From an uncultured Rhodospirillaceae bacterium (GTDB taxonomy: Bacteria > Pseudomonadota > Alphaproteobacteria > UBA828), in the NCBI GenBank assembly GCA_963997635.1, contig CAXEND010000002.1, positions 52,848-116,847 on the forward strand: a stretch of DNA of 64,000 bases, given 5' to 3'. The stretch's first letter is position 1; each line of letters starts with the position of its first letter. The notes beneath the pieces are model-generated. The model ran no database searches and was not told the origin of the DNA. It worked only from the letters and a program-made list of their open reading frames with translations. The translations under genes were made by a program, and so were the position numbers. Below are positions 40,839 to 51,504 of the stretch, in pieces.

Positions 40839-41124
40839 TATTTTATAGCAATTATCCCAGTGATTAGGTACAGCATAAATTTTATTACTCAATGTTTAAG
40901 ATTGATATGCATTTAATGCATATCAGGGATCTCAAATTTTGTGTAGAAAAATTCTAATAAATTATTATGTTCTCCACAATATCGTTAAATATTACAAATA
41001 TTCTAATATTTGGACGGTTTAGCGTCAGTCTCCCTCGACTTACGCCCCTCTGGATTAATAATATTTAAATTCAGAGGGATAAGGGGTAATTTGACACTGC
41101 CCCATATTCTAGATGCCTCCCTAT

Positions 41125-41886
41125 CTAGCTGGGGCCAAACGAACCCTCGTTTGGCCCCTCTGATTTCAAAATGCTGATCAAGTTTTCCATTTGAGTAAAT
41201 GTGGTTGCACCTGCCATACGCATGGCAGAGACGTCACCTTTTATATATGATGAATTACTCTCAGGGATATAAGCTAGAACATGCATACCTGCTGTTATTG
41301 CAGCAGATACTCCAGCTAAACTATCTTCTATTACTATTATTTCATGTTGCTCAGCATTCATTTTTTTTGCTGCATACAAAAATAAATCTGGACTTGGTTT
41401 TCCTTGTTTTACTTGTTCAGCAGAAAACACAGCACCTGAAAAATACTTCAACAAACCAGTAACACTGAGACTTAATTTAATTTTTTCTAAGTCTGAATTT
41501 GATGCAACACAAATTGGATTATCTATACTTTCAAGTACATTCCTTATACCTTCAACAGGTTTAAGCTGCCGATCAAATGCATGCATTGTTTTGTAATGGT
41601 ATTGAATTAAAAAATTATCACCTAAGTCTACACTATAATTGTTTTTCACCCATTGAACTACTGCATCCATTGTAAAACCATGAAACTCTCTTTGACAAAT
41701 TCTCGGCTTCATTGTGATGCCTCTATCGCCCAGCAAAGATGAAATTACTTCTGCTGCTATTGGCTCGCTATCAACTAACACTCCATCACAATCAAATATG
41801 ATGAGAGGTTTTCTTGTAGGAAGGAGTTTATTTGAATAAAGATTCACTCTCCCTACCTCTATATAGTCCTGAAACAAATTCAGCAT
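41125..41886 (-). CDS. HAD-IA family hydrolase (beta-phosphoglucomutase/phosphatase-like); start uncertain
   Basis: Motif I IIFDCDGVLVDSEP, motif II VASNS, motif III/IV K...IEDSLAGV. The track ORF start at 41925 overlaps msrP by 98 nt. Internal starts (ATG 41886, GTG 41847) are more plausible. Confidence 0.8.
   Translation of the reverse strand: MLNLFQDYIEVGRVNLYSNKLLPTRKPLIIFDCDGVLVDSEPIAAEVISSLLGDRGITMKPRICQREFHGFTMDAVVQWVKNNYSVDLGDNFLIQYHYKTMHAFDRQLKPVEGIRNVLESIDNPICVASNSDLEKIKLSLSVTGLLKYFSGAVFSAEQVKQGKPSPDLFLYAAKKMNAEQHEIIVIEDSLAGVSAAITAGMHVLAYIPESNSSYIKGDVSAMRMAGATTFTQMENLISILKSEGPNEGSFGPS
41131..41158. terminator. Strong GC-rich hairpin at the convergent LysR/HAD junction (possible bidirectional terminator or part of a structured RNA)
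   Basis: Perfect 12-bp stem GGGGCCAAACGA / TCGTTTGGCCCC with a 4-nt loop (ACCC). On the + strand it is followed by TCTGATTTC. It overlaps the last 11 codons of the minus-strand HAD gene. Confidence 0.4.
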
Positions 41887-42814
41887 AACCATTATATAAT
41901 TTGGTGGTTCGAATCTCCTTTCCATTTGGACCTAGAAACTCTTCTGTTGACTGAGACCATCTTGCATGTGGAACAGCTCCTGCTACATTTGCCCAGAAAC
42001 CGTATTCATTTCCTGCAATACTCTCCCAGAAAGATATTGGCCTTTCAGCAGAGAAAGTAAATTTAGTTATTGCCTTGATATGCTTAAACCCATATTTCCA
42101 AGGTACAGCAAGACGAAGTGGGGCTCCATTTTGTTTTGGTATAGGCTTTCCATAATAACCTGTAGCAATAAAAGCCAAATCATGTGCAGCTTCATCAATA
42201 GCTAAACCTTCTAAATAAGGCCACGGATACCAAAATTGTCTCTGGCCAAGTGCTAAGTCAAGATTCATAAAGCTTTCCATTATAAGATATTTTGCAGAAC
42301 CTAAGGGTGCTGCATAATCCAATAAATTACGCAGAGGAAAACCACTATAGGGAATAGCAATTGACCAACGTTCGACACATCTGTGACGATATAAACGTTC
42401 TTCAAGAGGCATCATACGAATTAAATCGTCTACATCTAAGAGTTTTTCTTTTTCGACTAGGCCATTAATTAATATTTGCCAAGGATGAACAGTTAATTTC
42501 TGTGCAAGAGGCCAAATTTTTTTGTGAGAGCCAAACTCATAATAATTATTATATTTTGTAGCAATTTCTTCGGGGGTTATTGGCCTATCAATTTTATATT
42601 TACTATTTCTTGGAACAGGGTAAAACTTAGTTCCCTCTCTATAGGATGCGTTTGCTACCCCTGATTTCATTCCATAATGTGGTATTATTGAGCTGGTTAA
42701 AAGTGCACCAGAATACCCTAAATTCTTTAATATAGAACGCCGGCTATAGAAAATATCCTGCGGTGTAGCTTCGCGTTCAGGAATTTCCCAATTTTTTCTT
42801 ATGCGTATTAGCAA
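41828..42814 (-). CDS. msrP: Protein-methionine-sulfoxide reductase catalytic subunit MsrP (YedY, Moco enzyme)
   Basis: N-terminus with Tat-like SRRSILKNLG, and YYEFG, NGAPLRLAVPWKYGFK and RW motifs typical of the sulfite-oxidase-fold YedY/MsrP. TTG start. Confidence 0.88.
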   Translation of the reverse strand: MLIRIRKNWEIPEREATPQDIFYSRRSILKNLGYSGALLTSSIIPHYGMKSGVANASYREGTKFYPVPRNSKYKIDRPITPEEIATKYNNYYEFGSHKKIWPLAQKLTVHPWQILINGLVEKEKLLDVDDLIRMMPLEERLYRHRCVERWSIAIPYSGFPLRNLLDYAAPLGSAKYLIMESFMNLDLALGQRQFWYPWPYLEGLAIDEAAHDLAFIATGYYGKPIPKQNGAPLRLAVPWKYGFKHIKAITKFTFSAERPISFWESIAGNEYGFWANVAGAVPHARWSQSTEEFLGPNGKEIRTTKLYNGYAEFVSGLYRGRESESLFK

Positions 42815-42855
42815 GCATTCAATCCAGTGAATTTAACAAATAGTTAATATGTTTA

Positions 42856-44085
<1,230 letters not shown>

Positions 44086-44223
44086 TTAAATTTGATTTAA
44101 CTTAATCCAAAAATGTGTTCAAGAAAATCTTGGATAAAAATTTTTAACTTCAAAATCAAATAATATATCAACGTTGTGTTAAAATGGCTTTAATTATAAA
44201 TATACATAACTTATATCCAAAAA

Positions 44224-46371
44224 ATGTCGACAAATAATCTAGTATCATTAGATAGAGAAATTAGTAAGCTTTCTCAGGAAAAATTTAGAGTTTTTTCTGA
44301 TTTTGCACCTGCTGGTGATCAACCCAAAGCAATAAAAGAACTGACCTCGGGCCTTTATAAAGGAGCCCATAACAAAGTTCTTCTGGGTGTTACAGGCTCT
44401 GGAAAAACATTTACTATGGCTAATGTGATAGAAAATCTACAAAGGCCAACCCTTATTCTCGCACCTAATAAAACTCTTGCCGCACAGCTTTTTGGCGAAA
44501 TGAGAAGCTTCTTCCCAAATAATGCCGTCGAATATTTTGTTTCTTATTACGACTATTATCAGCCTGAAGCGTATGTGCCACGCACAGACACTTATATTGA
44601 AAAAGATGCATCAATAAATGAACAAATTGACCGCATGAGACATTCTGCCACTAGAGCTCTTATTGAACGAAGAGACGTAATAGTCGTTGCCTCTGTATCT
44701 TGTATCTTTGGTATAGGTTCTCTCGAAACTTATTCATTGATGACAATTTATATAAATAAAAAAGAAAACTTAAAACAAGAAAAACTAGTTCGTAAACTAG
44801 TTGAATTACAATATCGCAGGAATCAAGGCCCACTAGAAAGAGGAGATTTCCGTGTGATGGGAGATATTATAGAGATCTTTCCAGCTCACTCAGAAGACAG
44901 AGCTTGGCGTATTTCAATGTTTGGTGACGAAGTAGAAGAAATTTCTGAATTTGATCCCTTAACAGGACAGAAAACAGAAGATCTAAATGACATAAAAATA
45001 TATCCAAACAGTCACTACGTAACTCCTCGTCCAACTATTCAACAAGCAATAAAAGAAATCAAGAAAGAGCTTAATGAAACACTAAAAGTCTTAAATTCAA
45101 AAAATAAATTATTGGAGTCTCAACGTCTCGAAGAAAGAACAACTTTTGATATAGAAATGATGAATACTACCGGAAGTTGTGCTGGCATTGAAAACTACTC
45201 GCGTTATCTCACTGGTCGGTTACCTGGTCAACCACCACCTACTTTATTCGAATATCTCCCAAATGATGGATTATTAATCGTTGATGAAAGTCATGTTGCT
45301 GTTCCCCAGTTAAGAGGAATGTATAGAGGAGATTTTAAACGCAAATCAACTTTGGCAGAGTTTGGGTTTCGTTTACCATCATGCGTGGACAATAGACCCC
45401 TTAAGTTTGAAGAATGGGATCAAATGCGTCCACAGACAATTTTCGTTTCTGCCACTCCTGGTGATTGGGAGCTGGGACTTACAGATGGAGTTTTTACTGA
45501 ACAACTTATACGTCCAACTGGCTTGGTAGATCCGTTGTGTATTTTGAGACCAGTTGACAATCAAGTCGATGATTTGATTGCTGAATGTATGGAAGCTGCA
45601 TCGACAAATCACCGAGTTTTAGTTACCACCCTTACTAAGCGGATGGCAGAAGACTTAACTGAATACATGCACGAGTCTGGAATAAATGTAAGATATATGC
45701 ATTCTGACGTAGACACGCTGGAACGTATTGAAATAATCAGAGATTTACGTCTTGGTGTTTTTAACGTGTTAATTGGCATCAATTTACTGCGTGAAGGTTT
45801 AGATATTCCAGAATGTAACACAGTTGCCATACTTGACGCTGACAAAGAGGGGTTTCTTAGATCTCGCACCTCATTAATACAAACAATAGGCCGTGCAGCA
45901 CGAAATATAAACGGAAAAGTCCTTTTATATGCCGATAAATTAACAGGCTCTCTAGAGGCAGCAATCGATGAAACAGAACGTCGACGCAATAAACAAAGGA
46001 CTTACAATAGCGAAAACAATATTAAACCTGAGACAATTCGTAAATCCGTGGAAGATATATTAAAAGATGCATATGAAGTTGATAGTGATAAATCAACTGT
46101 AAAGGCTGAAGATGAATATATTGGGGGCAACTTGGATTCTCATATTAAAAGCCTCGAAAGAAAAATGAAAAATGCTGCGGCAGAGTTGGAATTTGAAAAT
46201 GCTGCACAAATAAGAGACGAAATACGAAAACTTCAAGAGAAAGATCTTGGTTTTATTCAACAGACTGATATTAAATCAAATTTAAGACCACTTGGACGAA
46301 GTCGCTCTGGAGTTCCTGGGACACGTGCTAAAAAAAACAAAACATCAAAGAGAAAGAAAAATAAAATCTAG
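44224..46371 (+). CDS. uvrB: Excinuclease ABC subunit B
   Basis: Walker [27 protein letters not shown] box (VDESHV), helicase motifs, a C-terminal UVR domain ([14 protein letters not shown]) and a Lys-rich tail. Confidence 0.97.
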   Translation: MSTNNLVSLDREISKLSQEKFRVFSDFAPAGDQPKAIKELTSGLYKGAHNKVLLGVTGSGKTFTMANVIENLQRPTLILAPNKTLAAQLFGEMRSFFPNNAVEYFVSYYDYYQPEAYVPRTDTYIEKDASINEQIDRMRHSATRALIERRDVIVVASVSCIFGIGSLETYSLMTIYINKKENLKQEKLVRKLVELQYRRNQGPLERGDFRVMGDIIEIFPAHSEDRAWRISMFGDEVEEISEFDPLTGQKTEDLNDIKIYPNSHYVTPRPTIQQAIKEIKKELNETLKVLNSKNKLLESQRLEERTTFDIEMMNTTGSCAGIENYSRYLTGRLPGQPPPTLFEYLPNDGLLIVDESHVAVPQLRGMYRGDFKRKSTLAEFGFRLPSCVDNRPLKFEEWDQMRPQTIFVSATPGDWELGLTDGVFTEQLIRPTGLVDPLCILRPVDNQVDDLIAECMEAASTNHRVLVTTLTKRMAEDLTEYMHESGINVRYMHSDVDTLERIEIIRDLRLGVFNVLIGINLLREGLDIPECNTVAILDADKEGFLRSRTSLIQTIGRAARNINGKVLLYADKLTGSLEAAIDETERRRNKQRTYNSENNIKPETIRKSVEDILKDAYEVDSDKSTVKAEDEYIGGNLDSHIKSLERKMKNAAAELEFENAAQIRDEIRKLQEKDLGFIQQTDIKSNLRPLGRSRSGVPGTRAKKNKTSKRKKNKI

Positions 46372-46409
46372 TTATCTCCTTATATGCAAAAAAATGGTAT
46401 TTATAAACA

Positions 46410-47174
46410 ATGACTAATCATCCAAAGATAGTATTAATAACAGGAGCAGCTGTCAGAATTGGTAAATGGATAGCCGAATCAATGGCAAGTGATGGGTGGT
46501 CTGTTGCTCTTCATTGCAATACAAATTATAAGGCAGCCGAGAATTTAGCTGAGAAGATTAGAGGACAAGGGGGTATAGCTGAAGTATTCCGTGCTAACCT
46601 TGCATGTGAAGATGATGTCGAAAAACTGATACCACAAGTTGTCCAATCAATGGCTCCAATTAGTTGCCTAATCAATAATGCCTCTACTTTTGAGTATGAC
46701 TCATCAGAAAGTGCGACACGCTCTTCTTGGGATCTTCATATGGAAGTTAACTTAAGAGCACCTTTCGTTCTCTCACAAAATTTCTCAAAGATATCTAATA
46801 GAACTACCCAAGGAATAATTATAAATATCTTGGATCAACGGGTTTGGAACATTACCCCTCACTATATCACTTATACACTTAGTAAGTCTGGACTCTGGGT
46901 GTTAACACAAAGCCTTGCACTCGATCTTGCACCGCATATTCGAGTAAACGCTATTGGACCAGGGCCAGTGCTGCCTAATCAACGCCAAACCAATTATGAC
47001 TTTAATAAACAATGGGAAAATACACCTTTAAAAAGGCAGATTTCCAGTGAAGAAATAACAAATACAGTTAAATATATTTTAAATACACCATCCCTGACAG
47101 GGCAAATGTTAGCTATTGACAGTGGACAACATCTTGGATGGTCAATGCCAGCAACATCGGAGTTAGTTGAATGA
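46410..47174 (+). CDS. SDR-family oxidoreductase, pteridine-reductase/FolM-like by context
   Basis: ITGAAVRIGKWIA and catalytic YTLSKSGL. Translationally coupled (ATGA overlap) to the folB-like gene. Confidence 0.75.
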   Translation: MTNHPKIVLITGAAVRIGKWIAESMASDGWSVALHCNTNYKAAENLAEKIRGQGGIAEVFRANLACEDDVEKLIPQVVQSMAPISCLINNASTFEYDSSESATRSSWDLHMEVNLRAPFVLSQNFSKISNRTTQGIIINILDQRVWNITPHYITYTLSKSGLWVLTQSLALDLAPHIRVNAIGPGPVLPNQRQTNYDFNKQWENTPLKRQISSEEITNTVKYILNTPSLTGQMLAIDSGQHLGWSMPATSELVE

Positions 47175-47566
47175 ATAACTTTAGAGATAATACATCTCTA
47201 GATTTAAACTATGGACAAATTATCATTAAAAATTTAATTGTTCCTTGGTCTATTGGTGTATTTTCATATGAAAAAAATAAACCTCAAAGGGTAAGAATAA
47301 ATCTAACTTTAAAGACAAATTGGGAAGTGAATAATCTACAAGATAAAATTGAAAAAGTTGTAAGCTATTCCGATATTGTAGAAGGAATAAAGTCTTTATC
47401 AGTTAATGGACATATTAATTTAGTTGAAACACTTGCAAAAAATATTGCTGATTTATGTCTAGATGACGCACGAATCTATAAGGTTTGTATAACTATCGAA
47501 AAGCTTGATGTTTATGAAAATGTTGAAAGTGTTGGTATACAAGCCGAGTTCTCTAGAAAATATTAA
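47171..47566 (+). CDS. folB: Dihydroneopterin aldolase family protein
   Basis: 131 aa. IIIKNLIVPWSIGVFSYEKNKPQRVRINLTL ... SYSDIVEGI ... LVETLA pattern of the FolB tunnelling-fold family. Confidence 0.75.
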   Translation: MNNFRDNTSLDLNYGQIIIKNLIVPWSIGVFSYEKNKPQRVRINLTLKTNWEVNNLQDKIEKVVSYSDIVEGIKSLSVNGHINLVETLAKNIADLCLDDARIYKVCITIEKLDVYENVESVGIQAEFSRKY

Positions 47567-47670
47567 ATTAAACAATAAAAGATAATTAAAAGGTTCACAT
47601 CACAATATAAATATTGCTATAGGGTAAATATAATCTTTCATAAGCCAAAAATCTGAAGGGATAAACTATT

Positions 47671-49368
47671 ATGGTTGCAGATCAACACGTAAAACCTCTT
47701 AGCGATATCGAAATTGCTCGGAATGCTCAAAAAAAACCCATTCAGGAAATAGCATCAAAAAAACTTGGCATTGATACTTCAAATTTAATTCCTTATGGCC
47801 ATGATAAGGCTAAAGTTTCACTCAAATATATAGATAGTCTCAGTGAAAACCCTGAGGGTAAACTTATACTTGTTACTGCAATCAGCCCGACCCCAGCAGG
47901 CGAAGGTAAAACTACAACTACAGTTGGTTTAGGCGATGGCCTGAATCGTATAGGTAAAAAATCAATTATTTGTTTGCGTGAACCCAGTCTTGGACCATGC
48001 TTCGGAATGAAAGGGGGAGCAGCAGGTGGGGGATATGCCCAAGTTGTTCCAATGGAAGATATAAACCTCCATTTCACTGGGGATTTCCATGCAATAGGAG
48101 TTGCAAATAACCTTTTAGCTGCTTTAGTTGACAACCATATATATTGGGGAAATTCTGCTGGTATTGACCCAAGACGCGTCACTTGGAGGCGTGTAGTTGA
48201 TATGAATGATAGAGCCCTTCGTTCTATTGTTTCATCCCTTGGAGGAGTTGCAAACGGATTTCCGCGAGAGGACGGATTCGACATAACTGTAGCTTCAGAA
48301 GTTATGGCAATTTTTTGCCTTGCCCAAAACCTTGATGATCTCAAAAGCCGATTGGGAAACATAGTTGTTGGTTATACAAGAGACAGACAACCAGTTCGTG
48401 CATCTTCAATAAATGCCGAGGGTGCCATGACAACTCTTCTCAAAGACGCTCTACAACCAAATTTAGTTCAAACCCTAGAAAATAACCCAGCATTTGTTCA
48501 TGGTGGTCCTTTTGCAAATATAGCACATGGCTGCAACTCAGTACTTGCCACAAAAACTGCCCTAAAACTAGCTGATTATGTTGTAACTGAGGCTGGATTT
48601 GGTGCTGATTTAGGAGCAGAAAAATTCTTTGATATAAAATGTAGAAAAGCAGGTCTTTCTCCAGACTGTGCGGTAATTGTAGCAACAATTCGAGCACTCA
48701 AAATGCACGGAGGCGTGGCAAAAAATGATCTTGGATCAGAAAATGTTGATGCAGTTAAAAATGGCATGAAAAATCTCCAACGACATATTGAAAATGTTGC
48801 TAAATTTGGAGTGCCAGTTGTAGTTGCTATAAATCGATTTTCTGCAGATACAGATAGTGAGAGAAATGTAGTAATTGATGGCTGTAAGGCTTTAAATATA
48901 GAAGCTATAGAATGCGATCACTGGGCTCTCGGCAGTGAAGGTACAGAAGAACTTGCATCTAAAGTTGCTGAAATTGCAGATTCAGGTAAAAGTGATTTTA
49001 ATGTTCTCTATGATGATAACAAGAGCCTCTGGGAAAAAATCAATATAGTTGCAAAAAGTATTTATCATGCAAATGAGGTAACCGCTGACAGTAAAGTACA
49101 AAAACAACTCAATGACATTGAAGGCCAAGGTTTTGGTAAGTTACCTATATGCATAGCAAAAACACAATATAGTTTTTCAACTAACCCTGACTTAAAAGGT
49201 GCCCCCTCAAATCATACTGTACCCGTAAGGGAAGTTAGATTGTCAAGTGGTGCCGAATTTCTTGTTGTAATCTGCGGGGAAATTATGACCATGCCAGGCT
49301 TACCTAGAGTGCCTGCAGCAAATTCAATAAGTGTTGATAAATCAAATAATATCGTTGGGTTATTTTAA
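47671..49368 (+). CDS. fhs: Formate--tetrahydrofolate ligase
   Basis: SDIEIA, P-loop-like [35 protein letters not shown], and C-terminal MTMPGLP. Confidence 0.96.
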   Translation: MVADQHVKPLSDIEIARNAQKKPIQEIASKKLGIDTSNLIPYGHDKAKVSLKYIDSLSENPEGKLILVTAISPTPAGEGKTTTTVGLGDGLNRIGKKSIICLREPSLGPCFGMKGGAAGGGYAQVVPMEDINLHFTGDFHAIGVANNLLAALVDNHIYWGNSAGIDPRRVTWRRVVDMNDRALRSIVSSLGGVANGFPREDGFDITVASEVMAIFCLAQNLDDLKSRLGNIVVGYTRDRQPVRASSINAEGAMTTLLKDALQPNLVQTLENNPAFVHGGPFANIAHGCNSVLATKTALKLADYVVTEAGFGADLGAEKFFDIKCRKAGLSPDCAVIVATIRALKMHGGVAKNDLGSENVDAVKNGMKNLQRHIENVAKFGVPVVVAINRFSADTDSERNVVIDGCKALNIEAIECDHWALGSEGTEELASKVAEIADSGKSDFNVLYDDNKSLWEKINIVAKSIYHANEVTADSKVQKQLNDIEGQGFGKLPICIAKTQYSFSTNPDLKGAPSNHTVPVREVRLSSGAEFLVVICGEIMTMPGLPRVPAANSISVDKSNNIVGLF

Positions 49369-49385
49369 AGTCATTATAATCTCAA

Positions 49386-50441
49386 TCACGGGAGTACTTT
49401 TCTGACGCGAAACTCAGAAAAAAGACTAAGAAACATCTCCTCTGTATCTACTATCTCAGTAAACCCCCTATCTATTCGCTTGGCATCAGACATTAATACA
49501 TCCCAACTTGTATCCATATTGAAGTCAAAGTATGGCCAACCTGCTGTCTTGTCGTAAGGGAGCCTTAAAAGATTGTTTTTCTCAACTATTTGCTCCCAAA
49601 TTCTTCCTTTATCAGGCATGACGTCAGATGATATAATACGCTGCGGTTGTCCAACCTCCATACCAAAATGAGCAGCCCAATCTGACCATACGTTAATATA
49701 TCTGAAACCATCTCCATTTGTGATATTAAATATCTCATTTCCTGCATTTTGACTTGTTGCAGCCCACACAGTCATTCGAGCCAATAATCCAGAATCCGTA
49801 ACCTGATTAATTGCTTCAAAGCCACCTATCTCACCAGGATATTTCAATGGCATTCCGAGCTCTTTAGAAATAGCCGCATATACACCAAAACACATTATTA
49901 AATTCATTGGATTTCCAACAGCAAAACCACAAACTGCCTCTGGCCTCAAAACAGACCATGTCCAATTTTTCCCTTTTTGAAATTCGATCAAAAAATCTTC
50001 TTGGTCATAGTAAAAATTTGGTGGCATATGGCGAGAGTCACTCTCAAAGGCGGGTGTTTTAAACGGACCTAACTGACGTCCATATGCCTTGCTACCCTCC
50101 TGTAGAACTACACGCTGCAAATCTTTAGAAATATTAGATATGGCCTCAACGGGATTTGCAACAAGTAGTTTATTTGGCTCCGTATTTGTAGCATCTATAC
50201 CTCCATGTAATGCACAACAGAATACGTGAGTAATATCACTTAGAGATGAAAATTTATTTTCAGTTTGTTTCATATCAAGTAAATCGCATGATATGTATTT
50301 AGCTTTTTTTGCCATTTCTTGATCTGGTTCACGCCTCGAAACAGCAGTAATGTCCCAATCTTCAAGGGTGGAAAGATGATTGATCAAGTTGCGGCCAATT
50401 ACACCCAACCCCCCGATAACCAGAGCTTTATTTTTTGCCAT
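49386..50441 (-). CDS. Extended SDR of the PRISE type (progesterone-5beta-reductase / iridoid-synthase-like enone reductase)
   Basis: ALVIGGLGVIGRNL Rossmann motif, PPNFYYDQED motif, WSVLRPEAVCGFA, and NITNGD...W. The pattern matches bacterial homologues of plant P5betaR as I recall them. Lies 35 nt downstream of the monooxygenase reductase gene on the same strand. Confidence 0.7.
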   Translation of the reverse strand: MAKNKALVIGGLGVIGRNLINHLSTLEDWDITAVSRREPDQEMAKKAKYISCDLLDMKQTENKFSSLSDITHVFCCALHGGIDATNTEPNKLLVANPVEAISNISKDLQRVVLQEGSKAYGRQLGPFKTPAFESDSRHMPPNFYYDQEDFLIEFQKGKNWTWSVLRPEAVCGFAVGNPMNLIMCFGVYAAISKELGMPLKYPGEIGGFEAINQVTDSGLLARMTVWAATSQNAGNEIFNITNGDGFRYINVWSDWAAHFGMEVGQPQRIISSDVMPDKGRIWEQIVEKNNLLRLPYDKTAGWPYFDFNMDTSWDVLMSDAKRIDRGFTEIVDTEEMFLSLFSEFRVRKVLP

Positions 50442-50476
50442 ATCTCTTCCTCCCTTTAATTAAATTATTCTTAAGT

Positions 50477-51484
50477 CTAATAAAATTGGTCATAACGGAT
50501 ATTTTCTATTGGGACTTGACGTTCTATGATCAAACCTCTACGCAAACTTTCTATCATCTGTGGTGGGCCAGCCATATAATAATCAAAACTTTTATAAACT
50601 TCTTTGCCCTCAAAACTCTCAAATAAAAATTTGTCCAGCATACCCTTATTGCCTGTCCAGCTTGATTCTGGTTCAGAAACAATATTACTGTATATAATTT
50701 CTGCAGAGGAACGAATGGTATCTACCACATAATCTTTATGTATAATATCTCTTGATGTTCGGCATCCATAATAAAGCCTCAAGGAAGACTGTGCTAAGGT
50801 TTTTTTGTAATATCCAGAGGCAATAGATAGCATTGCGCCAATACCAGCCCCTCCAGCCAAACAAATAATGGGGCGTTCACTATTGATCCTGAGCCATGCA
50901 TGGCCATAAGGTCCATCGATAATAATTTGATCTCCTATGGCTGCTCTATCAAAAAACCAAAATGTTCCCTTGCCGCCTTTCACTCGTTTTACAATAAAAC
51001 ACCAATAACCATCTGAATTAACCATATTACTCATCGATAAAGCACGTACACCTTCTACACCCGGCAAATTTAATAAAGCATACTGACCGGGTAAAAATTT
51101 TGGCGGTGTATATGAAAAAAACTTAAATTCTGCCATATCATGAGTCAGGTGCGTAATCTTGACTAATTTGGCAGCAAACTTTTTTGGAGGATCAATTTCT
51201 TTGTCAACAGAGTTTGTTCTAATTTTAATCCTACAATCGCTAGTTGGCCTAGTCTGACAACCTAGCATCCGTTGTTTCTTCTTATCTCTTGGATTAATAG
51301 CAGGAGCATCTAGCCAGAGTTGCTCAACTGTGCCTGATAAAAGCTGATATCGGCACATTCCACATGATCCTACGTTACATTCATAAGGAAACCCTAAACC
51401 CTCACGAAGAGCAGCACGAAGAAGAGTATCGTCTTGATCACATAAATAACTTGATTCTTCTGTTTCAATAGTAATTCGAGGCAT
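50477..51484 (-). CDS. Soluble di-iron monooxygenase NADH:ferredoxin oxidoreductase component (TmoF/IsoF-like)
   Basis: N-terminal plant-type 2Fe-2S domain (CNVGSCGMC...GC), then an FNR-like FAD domain (RALSMS) and NAD domain (CLAGGAGIGAM). 335 aa. Confidence 0.88.
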   Translation of the reverse strand: MPRITIETEESSYLCDQDDTLLRAALREGLGFPYECNVGSCGMCRYQLLSGTVEQLWLDAPAINPRDKKKQRMLGCQTRPTSDCRIKIRTNSVDKEIDPPKKFAAKLVKITHLTHDMAEFKFFSYTPPKFLPGQYALLNLPGVEGVRALSMSNMVNSDGYWCFIVKRVKGGKGTFWFFDRAAIGDQIIIDGPYGHAWLRINSERPIICLAGGAGIGAMLSIASGYYKKTLAQSSLRLYYGCRTSRDIIHKDYVVDTIRSSAEIIYSNIVSEPESSWTGNKGMLDKFLFESFEGKEVYKSFDYYMAGPPQMIESLRRGLIIERQVPIENIRYDQFY

Positions 51485-51504
51485 TACAGGAGCTCATTTC
51501 ATCG

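Noticed and set aside
41828-41925. An apparent 98-nt overlap between the HAD hydrolase ORF and msrP.
   Set aside because: The HAD motif I (FDCDG) begins at residue 44 of the track ORF, and in-frame ATG (41886) and GTG (41847) starts exist. The long overlap is almost certainly an ORF-extension artefact rather than a real overlapping gene arrangement.
47567-47670. A possible ZTP (pfl) or THF riboswitch upstream of fhs.
   Set aside because: The 104-nt spacer is almost pure A/T and lacks the GC-rich conserved cores of those riboswitches, for example the CCGCCTGGGC-like element.
47793-48362. A long antisense ORF (189 aa) inside fhs. Similar shadow ORFs in the track include 2186-2422, 2719-2901, 3124-3357, 3482-3772, 3845-4102, 11430-11846, 11963-12295, 13183-13521, 14471-14842, 22993-23448, 27788-28120, 45609-45989 and 63020-63460.
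   Set aside because: Each lies entirely opposite or out of frame within a gene that has unmistakable family motifs. Their translations are low-complexity with no recognisable motifs, and none has a plausible RBS. They are typical frame shadows.
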